Assembly: GCA_977016875.1 (NCBI GenBank)
Contig: CDRNST010000122.1
Span: 992,001 to 1,056,000, forward strand
Direction of reading: 5' to 3'
DNA length: 64,000 nucleotides
Source: Pavona decussata
Taxonomy: Eukaryota
Numbering within the stretch: position 1 is the first letter of the stretch; each line of letters begins with the position of its first letter. Below, piece by piece: positions 25,847 through 35,983 of the stretch. The notes under the pieces were generated by a model. The model worked only from the letters and a program-made list of their open reading frames with translations, did no database searches and was not told the DNA's origin. Made by a program: the position numbers and the translations under genes.

Positions 25847-26826
25847 GGTCCTTCATCAGCATCCCTACACTCGATGCTTTTGCCCAGCGTCTTCTTGATC
25901 TTGCCTTTGCCGATTCTACTCATCGGAATATGAAGTCTCACGTTAGCGTTTATACTAAGTTTTGCCGTTCGGTTTCTTGCCCTCCCTTCCCTATTCAAAT
26001 TCCCTTTCTTATACGCTACGTCGCTTATCTTACCCTCTCTGGGCGAGCTTATGGCACAATCATTAACCATCTTAGCAGCCTTAAGCACTTTAACCAGCTT
26101 TTAGGTTTTGGTAAGGTCTGGGACTCACATTATCGTTTTCAGTTAGTTCTTCGAGGCGCCAAGCGATACCTCGGCGTGGCTCCTACTCGCAAACATCCCA
26201 TTACGCCGGAGCTCTTGCTTCAACGCCTCACGCCTCTACATGCCGCGATGTGGGCGCTATTTCTCGTCGCGTTTTTTACCTTTTTACGTAAATCTAATTT
26301 AGTTCCTGATGCGCCGAATTGCATTTCTTCCAAAGTTCCCTTGCGATCTGATTTAGCCTTCACCTCCCAAGGTGCCACGCTGCATATTCGGGCTTCTAAG
26401 ACTATTCAATATCACCAGCGTTCTTTGTCAATCCCCTTGCCTCGCATTCCTGGTTCCCCTCTCTGTCCCGTCACGGCTTTACGGCATCATCTGCGGCTCA
26501 ACTCCGGTCCGTCTCACGCGCCGCTTTTCTCGGTCATTTCCCCCACGCCTCAGCGCTTATTTCCTCTTACGTATCGCCATTTTTGCGCTTTTCTTTCCAA
26601 GACCATTAGTGCACTCGGTTTAGTCCCGGCCCACTATTCTCCTCACAGCTTTAGGCGCGGCGGTGCTAGTTTTGCTTTTAAATGCAACGTTCCCGCCCCG
26701 CTTATACAGCGGCAAGGTGATTGGCAAAGCGACGCCTATCTCGTGTATCTTGAGATGACTCCTGCTCAAAAGCACCTTGCAGTCAAGACTATGGCTGCCA
26801 ATGTTCTGCGTTTGTCTCGCCCTTAA
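25847..26826 (+). CDS. Tyrosine recombinase of the retrotransposon (ATG at 25930; frame open from acceptor at 25847)
   Basis: Catalytic pattern R (FLRKSNL), HSFRRGGA, W (QGDW) and Y (DAYLVY). Confidence 0.9.
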
Positions 26827-29721
26827 CCTATAGTCTCTCATTTTTTACCTATACATATTTAGCTATTTTTGCTATCACATTCTATTTACAATCACGCCCC
26901 TTCAATACCACCCAACTTCGGTTTGGGCCTTTTGGCGGGAGTCTATTGATTCAGCTACGACGTCATTCGCTACCCAGTGTACAGCAGTCGAATCTGACTC
27001 AATAAACTTGTTGCCCAAACCTTTCGTTGTGTGATTATTGAGAGCGCGTGATTGAGCATAAATTACGTCTAGTGATTTTTGCTAATTAAGTGCGTATCAT
27101 ATGACGTCAGTAAGCTTATCGTAACGCGAGCTTCGTTGATCGGTCAGTCATAAGCTCGTTTTCATAGGGCAAGCACGTCAACCCAACCCTCCCTCCCACG
27201 GGAGTCTATTGATTCAGCTACGACGTCATTCGCTACCCAGTGTACAGCAGTCGAATCTGACTCAATAAACTTGTTTCCCAAACCTTTCGTTGTGTGATTA
27301 TTGAGAGCGCGTGATTGCATATATATGTTCATTAACATAACACAAACAGTTTATCATTTGGCCATAGCCCATTGATGAGCTCTGAAAACGTGGGAGTGTC
27401 TCCCAGGTGTTATTATCAACATGGTAACGGTAAATGCATATGCCACTGCCAAAAGGGAACCAGCTTCTTGCAGCTACATACAAGTAATTTCCGACATACT
27501 CCACACAAAGAAATTCAAAAGTTCCCTTAGAACCTAAGATTAAGCTTGCCATGGACGGTAGGGGTGTCCACGTTTTTGTTTCAAAGTCAAAATACCTCGT
27601 CTGAGTAGCAGTTGACTTGTCACCTTCTTGTTTTGGGAAAATAGCAACAAGAACCTGAAATAAGAAAGCACCGAAAATGAGACAAGAAAATTACACGGGA
27701 GTAGCTCACTAAAAACGACAAGAATACCGGCAAAGGATCAGTTACGAAAGCCTTTCCAAAGCTTCTTGGATGTATATTACATCTGTTTTTATTTTTTCTC
27801 TGTGCCTTTGCCATTGTCGTTCTTTGGAATTTTCTTCCAAGCGGTTGGTCAAAGTCATCGATCTAACTTTACGGTTAGCAGTAGTACTTTAGATGATCAT
27901 GGCCAACCAAATGTTGATTAAAATCGCTCAAATCGGCCTCGGGAGCTCAAAGATGCGATAAAAAAAAAAAAAAAAAAAACTCAAGAAAACGTACCAACAA
28001 GGTAATCTCACTCTGATGTAATGTAAACTTTATTTAAACACGGAGAATCATCAGTTTAGCTAAAAATTATATTATACACGTTTAAAAAAATGCTTACAAC
28101 TTACAATCCGCTAATTCAGATACCTGCCTGATGTTTCGTTTAAAGTGCCCAACAGAGCTGGCGTCCTTTTTTTAATTATTGTAGGGTTATGAGGGGAAAA
28201 TTTTTTATTATTTTTCCATATACAAAATCTTTACTTACACTTTGATTGCATTTTGCTCAGTAAACAACAGACTGGAGTTCAAAGCTCTGATTGTATGAGC
28301 TTACGCACGCTTGACTTTGCGGCTTGAACAGTTTTCATTTATCGGCTAACGATTCAAAATTTATAATGAATTTTTATACATTGTATGTATTCGGTGTGAC
28401 TTGAGAATGGGCAAACGTTTGCGGCTGGATAAAGCGGCCGGCACCCAACGAGAATATTTGAGGTACTTCAGATGTCCGGTTTTTCGTTTTGTAAGATCCT
28501 TTACGGGCATTTGAAAGGCATATTTGTGTACGTTAGATACAACCTTTGTTCAGTCCAGATTCTTTAATTGAATTTTTAAGCCCACATAAAATTAATTTAG
28601 GAAATAGATCCTTAATCTTATCCCCTGAATTTGCTAGCTTTTTTGATGCTCTTTGAGTTGTGACGAATGTGAAACATGATCCTAGCTGCTTTGTTTCAGA
28701 AAACGCTAGCTTTTGTTCACAATTCAGTCTTGAATTCTGAAGTGATTTCATACCATCCAAACAGATATTTATCGAAAGAATCGTTGAATGCCCAAGGCTA
28801 AATGCAAACTGAATGAGGCTTATTTTCAGGGGATTCAGAGATAAGTTGTCCGTGTAGAATCGTTAACTCAGTGTTAAATCATAAAGTATCTGAACTGATC
28901 CTAATTACCTGTAAGGCACACAAATGTAAATAGCAGAATGCATCACACAAGGCTTATGTTAGCGCTATTCAGTATTCTTACCGGGCGCATTGAGCGTGGC
29001 TTTGTTTTCTCTACGGCAAACTTTGAGCTGAGGGAAGGAATCTGGGTATGCAGTAGTGCTTGCGAAACAAGTGCTTGAATCTCGGGTACTTCTTGCATCT
29101 CCTCTGCACTTAGCTCTCTTATCACTTCCTTGATGTCCACCAGCCCCAGGCGAACCACGCCGATAACTTTGGCTGCCACTTCCATCCTCTGTTCTTTCTT
29201 GTATTTAATCCACTGCATCACTGATTTGAAGATGAAGCTCTCTGAAGGAGCACTGAGGTCATCTCGACTGAGAAGCTTCAGCAACTGATCTGCGTCAATG
29301 TACGCCAAGAATTCTTCAGTTTCACAAACGTCCTTGTACATCGAGGCCATCTTGCGTTCCGTAGCTTCTTGTAGGTTTTTCAGACCGTGTACATTGGCAA
29401 ATGTAGCAAGCCGACGATATGTTTGGACATCAAGTCGACGCTGAACAAGTTCCTTGTCAAATACATCGCAACACCGTTGAACAATGCTTGAGACTTGGAG
29501 GTGGTTAGCGGTAATGAGAATTTCAAACACGTCTTTCGTTTCAGTCATTAAGAGTTCCCCACGATAAATGGAGTCCAATATTATCCTCAAAGCGTCTCCA
29601 GAAATGTTTTCATCTTTAAGTTCGATGACTTCCTGATTGGATTCCTTCATTCCACCAGTAAACATGGCGTAAAAATAATCGCTTTCCGCAGCGAGAACAT
29701 TACGGTGAGCTGGAAACACGT

Positions 29722-29814
29722 TAGCCTCCCACGCAGACGTTCTTAGGGGTTCGTCACGCGTTCGTGGGGCAGGAACGCGTGACGAGCCCCTAAGAACGTC
29801 TGCGTGGGAGGCTA
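29722..29814. mobile_element. 93-bp palindromic insertion (TAGCCT..AGGCTA ends) with 9-bp TSD inside the BTB coding sequence of copy 4
   Basis: Near-perfect 42-bp inverted arms. TSD GAAACACGT at 29713-29721 and 29815-29823. Confidence 0.88.
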
Positions 29815-31851
29815 GAAACACGTCTTCACCCACTTTCAATCGCACGTCAATGAATTCTTCTTGTTCTCTGAACTTCGCAAACTTGGACAAAAGACGAGCT
29901 GCCATCTTGGATGGCTTGTAAAGCTTTCAGCAGGCTGATGAAGGCAGCGTCCAAAAATTTGTTTGCGTGATCGCGAGACTCTGTAATCAAGCACCACCAG
30001 GTGATATTTTTGACATTCGGTGAGAAGCAGGGGGGAGGGGAGGGCAGCTGATCGATTTTTTTTTAGCATTATACATCAATATATATCTGTGATCGGATTT
30101 TTGAAAAGGTGACGAATGAAAACTTGAGCACTGCAAGCCTCGCAGCTGGCACCTCTCTCTGCCTAGGCGCCACCAATGGTTTACATGCCGCCATGATGCA
30201 CTGTTACCGAACAACAATATAAGAATTGGTTATCATGGAAGGGAATGTACTGCCACATTTTCTTGGAGAAACTGACTCTCTCTGATAGCACTGTGTAATT
30301 AATGTCAGAGGCACCAATTACATAAAAGAAATCTTCAGCCATGCGTCCCTGGTGATGGCGCTGGGTGCTTTTTATTGGTGCACGTGTCGTTTGTTTGTAT
30401 CGATTTGGTACTGGTAAATATGATTTCCTCGTCAAAATGCAAGCAATGATTTCCAGTTTACATTGTGGACGATTGGTTAGAGTCGTCTGTCAAGAATTAT
30501 AAAAGGTCTGTAATATGCTATTTGCAGTCTTTCTTATAATTTTCTCCATTTTTCTGTATTTTTAGACACTCCTAGGCCACTTTTCTTTTATTCGGGGAAA
30601 TGAAATTGTGATATCCGTGATTCGTTGTTTTTTCGGCCTGTGAACCGTGAACCGTCCTTTAGAAACACTTGTTGCGTGACACCAAGATTTAACATCACGC
30701 AAAGAAAATCATGTTTTTTAACGATATCGATGTGAATTTTATTGTGGCGTATGCGCACCGGAAGAATTTGGTATTGAGTCTCCGTTTGCCTCAAGGCCTG
30801 GTTAAGTTCTTCCCAGGATAAAATAAAAGTCTAGATTACTTCAATGTAAATCTGTTTCGTGAGTCATTCATTCCAAGCCAGATCTCCACATTAATCGAGG
30901 GTTGCCATTAATCAGGGGCTGACCCAACGAGATGAACAAGTACTTAAAATGCTGTCTTCTCGGGTGTTCCTTGATCGATTGAGACGATTGATGCGCTTTT
31001 AAAGTCACAATTGTATCAGCTAATACAGATTGAGCCGTTCGGGAGCTTTGGCTGAATGTTAAAGTTGCAGAAAGTTTCAGGGAATTTCCAGAATCCCAGG
31101 ATTTTCTTACTGTTGTTTATTTTATGTAAATGCTAGCTGACCCTTTTTCACATTTTAATGAAATATTTGCCCCATTTGAAAACGAAATGAATTAGTTTTC
31201 CAGTGTACGTTACGGTATTATTAACATGCATTATCAGTGTGACTAAATTAAAATTTGCAAGCCGTTTAATGCCCTCTGAACAAATATCCACCGAAATGAA
31301 CAGTTGATAGAGTACCCCAGAGTATTCTATAGTTCATCCTAAAGTTAATCGAAGTGAATAGAAGGGTGTAAGGCGAAGGCAAAATTGCTGAGATACGCAG
31401 ATAGGTTAGTCGGGTTAACTAGTGCAGACAAAGGAATCATCAGTGCCAGTAACAATTCGTTAGTTCAGTTTATTTAAAACGTTGTCACGAAACATGTTGA
31501 ACTCGATTTAGTGGGGAAAAAAAACCACTAATATTTACTTCAAACACGCAATATTTATAAATGCGGACGCTTAGCTAACTACGTACACATCACTCATTGA
31601 ATGCAATCTTACTTAATGATTAAAGAGTAAATGGGGTCAAATCCACGAATCAGCGATTTAGAGCCAATTTAAATTCTGCTTTAAAGCATATCTGGGAACT
31701 AAATGGGTTTTAAAACTTAAAAGTTTAGTTATAAGTGTACTCTATTTTTACCTTAATCTTAATTAATCCTAACGGTGTTTAACTAATCTCATCCCTTAAT
31801 GACAAGAAACCGAAGAAAATAAAACCCTGTTTAGCGTCAGCCATGCAGGGC

Positions 31852-32017
31852 AATAGACGGTATTCGTATTTTCGGTATTGAACTGGATCGAGCTTGCAAT
31901 GGAGGCCCATGCGGAGGAAAATATTAGAAACTATTTGCATGTGAAAAGATTTCCCCGCATAAGCCTCGTGTGCAAGCTAGTTCCAGTTCAATACCGAGAA
32001 TACGAATACGGTTTATT
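31852..32017. mobile_element. MITE with about 35-bp TIRs (AATAGAC.GTATTCGTATT..CGGTATTGAACTGGA)
   Basis: Inverted termini. Second copy at 58059-58224. Absent at homologous sites 46387 and 59088. Confidence 0.72.
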
Positions 32018-32360
32018 TCACTTTACCGAAATTCTGTCCCTTTTTTCGCCTCTCCCTCTCCAGAGGCTTTTTTTCTCATTAGTTGCCTTGTTTTCCAAGC
32101 TTAGGGGTAGGTACAGGAACGTGTTGGCTTGGAAGTCAGGGGTGAGGTTGCAGGGAGTAGAGGAGCTTTTTTATTATGTAGGAGAGCAAGTGTGTTCTGC
32201 AAGAGCAGTGCAGTGGTATTACTTTGGGAGGGGTATCGATGTGGGAAGTAGGGGTATATGAGAACAAGGGTGAGAGGTACTGATGTGGAAGCGAGAGTTT
32301 GTGATGTTGTCTTATATGCAAGGATCTTTGCCTGTGTTGGGGGACTAGAGTATACAAAAG

Positions 32361-32516
32361 CTCCCAGTTGGCTTGATAGCTTAGTTGGTAGAGCAATGCA
32401 TCGGCATCGCAGAGGTCATGGGTTCGAATCTCGTCAGTTCAAGCCTGAATTTTTTCAGGCTTTCTTTTCGCAACTGCTTGAGTTGTGTAGTAACTGTGAG
32501 GATCTTTCTTCTATTT
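32361..32516 (+). mobile_element. tRNA-derived SINE
   Basis: A-box TAGCTTAGTTGG, B-box GGTTCGAATC, shared 3' tail. Four copies in the window. Confidence 0.75.
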
Positions 32517-33492
32517 GAACTCAAAACCAATTATCGCTATCTTTTCTTGGAATTGAGTTCGTGAGAGCTTGCTTTCCCATTCTAATTTCAGAATGGGCGA
32601 ACATGTTTGATTCAGTGATAGATATGGGAAAATGCTGTCAAAAAAACAAAACATGTTATCGCAGCCGGCAGCAAACGGCAAGCCGATAAAACAAAGAAAA
32701 TGAAAGATGGAAACTCTCCTGCCACAATTTCAAAGAAATTATACAGTAATTGAAGTATAACACCATGTGCAACAAAGTTCAGAATACCCAAGGTAATAAT
32801 TAAAGTGGAAAGGGGTGTAAAGCAGCAAAAACAAAATTACGAGATACGCAGATAGTTTAATCGGGTTAATTAACACAAACAAAGGAATTGCACTCGGCAA
32901 CAACAATTCTTTAGTTCAGTTTAATTTAAACGTTGTTACAAAACTTGTTGAACTCGATTTAGTGGAAAACAAACTAACGTTTATTACAAAAAGGTAATAT
33001 TTATAAAAGCCAACGCTAGCTAACTACAATACTCACTCTGTCCAATAAATGCAGTCCTATCTTACAATGATTAAAGAATAAATGGGGTCCAATCCACAAA
33101 TCAACGATTTAGATCCAATTTAAATTTTGCTTTTAAACATTCCTGTGAACTAAATCGGTTTTTAAACTTAATAGTTGAATTATAAATGTCCTCTTAGTCT
33201 ATTTTTACCTTAATTAATCCTACGAGAATTTAACTAATCTCTCTCCCTCTTTTGAATAACAAACTAAAGAAAATAAAACGGTCTAAAACCCTTTTTAGCC
33301 AGTCTTACAGTGCTATGTAATTAACTTTTCATAAAAAAGATTCTACGCCATATAGGTATATTTGGAATTTAGGACTTCCAATTCACTTTTCAAGCCCAGT
33401 TGGTATATCACCAAGCATACTAAGAACGTTAATGTAATTTCTCTTGGTACTTTACCGAAATTCTGTCCTTTTTTGTCGCCCCACTTTTCCCT

Positions 33493-33800
33493 TTAAAAAG
33501 AGGCTTCTTTTTTCTCACTGGAAGACTTGTTTTCCAAGCTTTCTCTCTTTACTGGCAGATAACACAAGGCAGCATCATGACTTATTTCGGCAATTCCCGT
33601 CGTTTTCCACTCGTGTAATGAAATGTGATACACCTCCTCCGGTAGAATTCTAATACCACTGTCAACTGGAAATTTGTTGATAATGAAATAAACCTTTCCT
33701 TCCACTTCCACTGCCCCGAGTTTGTTTGGGGGAATGTGGGTTTGGTCAACAACAAACCACTTGTTGTTTTCCTCACTATAAACTTCTACGGGTGCAGGGG
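33493..33800 (-). pseudogene. Truncated Kelch-exon 3' fragment (copy 7-like)
   Basis: Encodes PAPVEVYSEENNKWFVVDQTHIPPNKLGAVEVEGKVYFIINKFPVDSG..., then joins abruptly at about 33800 to spacer sequence homologous to 13745 onward. Confidence 0.8.
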
Positions 33801-35983
33801 ATTTTTTTTACCCCCACTTCGAGATTGGGGATACTTTCCGTGGCAGACTGGTAACTAACAAAATAACGCTCCGGTTACTGCCTACATAGGACTTTGGCTA
33901 ATCTAAATAGCACACTGGTTAGCCTAAAAATCTCTTTAGTTGACCTAATCTAGCTTTGGTAGCTTGCGGTTATATTGGAGGTAAGGATATCTAGCCTAAA
34001 ATCTGGCAGGCAGCCGTTGGTAGTCTAGCTAGGGAATCCGACGACCCGGGTTCGACTCTTCTTGGGGTCATCTCTTCTTCTAAATTAAAAAAGTAGCGAA
34101 GTGTGATTTATAATATCCGCCATGTTGAAGTGGGTGTAAAAAAATTGCGCGGGGAGGGAGGGGTGAGGGGGAGGAGGATACTCCAGTCACTCATATGGTC
34201 TAAAGAGAACTCATATTTAACGTCAGTAGAAATGGTGTTGCTTATTAGATGACACTAGTGGTGAGCGTCTTACTGTAAACATCAACCCTTGACAACAATT
34301 ATTCACCAAAGTGGAGGTGAATACAGTGACGGATATTTACCGAGCCGCGAAGCGGCAATATACCGACAAATGGTGGGAAATTTTAAAATCTCGCGCGCCG
34401 CGCGGTAAGCGATTTCTTATTGCAGAAAGATTTTTCTCGCTTTCTTGCTGACAAATAAAACTTCTGGACGGCACTTGTTTAGTTGCTACGTGTCTTTTCT
34501 TTGATTGCAGTGTGAAATTTGTCCTGTTGTTCAAACCATGCTGCAATTAACACATTGGATGTTTCATTGTTTACATTGTAATTATGGTGTCGACAGTTTT
34601 CGTAAACAATGCATTGTATTTTTATTTTTCGCCTTAGAATATAAGGTTTGAAAGATTAAACAACTTACCATGTAATGCGTCAAACCAAACGTTTGCCGCC
34701 TCGTTTATCGAAATAATTTTCTCAAAAAGTGACCGTAGCGAAAAGGGAAGCCATCTTGTTTCTGTTCGGCTGCTCGGAGGGGAATAGCACTTAGCTAATC
34801 ACCTCCGAGCTAGCCAATCAGCGCGCGCAAAAAAGCACTATTCCCTTGTGTAGCCGAGTATATACTAAAATGTTATAAACTTCAGTAATTTGAACATTTA
34901 CTTAAATTTTTTACATCATCGAATTTGTTCGGACAGTAAAATGGTTGTGGTTTAACCGTTTTGTTCCGGCCGAAATAGTTTTCAGGCATTAATTTTACGT
35001 CCTATTTTTGGTGATTTAAGTAAAGAACTCATTACAGAAAGACAAAGTAACCCAAATCAAAAAAGGATGTGCCACCCTCCAATCCTTTGAAACTCACGAT
35101 GGGGGCGCGGTCAAGGAAAAAGAAATTCGGCTCCTTTGGTATAAGGATGATCCGCGCATCGAGTTAATCTACCCATGAAGAAGTCAACTAAGCAATAGCA
35201 TTAACTTAGTTCAGTTTATTTTCAACGTTCTTACGAAACAAATTAGCTTCTGAAACTGGATTAAATGACATAATAAAGTAGCGAAATATTTACAATGCTC
35301 TGCTAAACTACATGTATAAGCAGTGTCCATGGAATGAAATACAGTCTTTTCCTTTGAAAGAGCCCCGTTGGTTAAAGCAGGACTGATCAATTTCAAATCC
35401 CGTTATGCCGTTCTAACGGACTAAAATCTAACCAATCTCAAACTTAACTGTGACGTTTTAAAGCGAAAAGCACTTTAAAATCAAAGAAACCAAGTCTATA
35501 GTTTATATTTCAATCCCAGCTTGTAACACTCAGATTGGCTTTTAAAACTACCGGTCTCTGTGTTTGACAAGAAAATAAAACCTTTACATTTGTCATGCCT
35601 TGCTCTGCTATATTATAATGCATGTATAAGGCGTTATTACACTAGGCGATTTGTGTTGCATTCAGTTGTCTCCTAATCAAGTTATACGAACTGTTGCATA
35701 GTGTAACATGCTTGCTAGTGTTACAACGCCTTTAAATACTTAACGATGAAATACGCAGTTTATTCTGCTGACTAGCAGATCTCAACCTGATAACCGTTTT
35801 CAACAGCGTTCTCCAATAAGGGTCATCAAAAACTCAGAAACTAAGAAAGTTAACGTTACTCAACCCAGTTACAAATAAATTTGGTATTGTAAAACACTCA
35901 TACAACATACAAGGACATGCTGACACCTGTTTTTCGTAATGCAATTTAGAGCATCTACTGAATAAACTTTTCTCAACCGAAAA

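Larger units (their letters stand above)
22915..27317 (+). mobile_element. Tyrosine-recombinase retrotransposon (DIRS order, Ngaro/PAT-type split direct repeats A1-ORFs-B1-A2-B2)
   Basis: A1 22915-23047 = A2 27049-27181. B1 26936-27054 = B2 27199-27317 (one mismatch seen). Gag-like, RT/RNase H and YR ORFs. Host exon resumes on both sides. Confidence 0.95.
22211..29905 (-). pseudogene. KLHL-like copy 4, pseudogene (exon 1 29905-28982; exon 2 27654-22211 split by the YR retrotransposon)
   Basis: Exon 1 is open but carries a 102-bp in-frame insertion. Exon 2 is interrupted at 22915-27317 and has a GGA>TGA stop at 22655-22657. Confidence 0.88.

Noticed and set aside
26936-27317. Direct repeats read as LTRs or a CRISPR-like array
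   Set aside because: The A1/B1-A2-B2 order with a YR ORF is the split-direct-repeat structure of Ngaro/PAT elements. There are no spacers or cas genes and the context is eukaryotic.
31878-32261. 127-aa ORF repeated at 58085
   Set aside because: Spans a MITE, an antisense Kelch relic and the G-rich block. It has a non-ATG start and is repeated only because the segment is duplicated.
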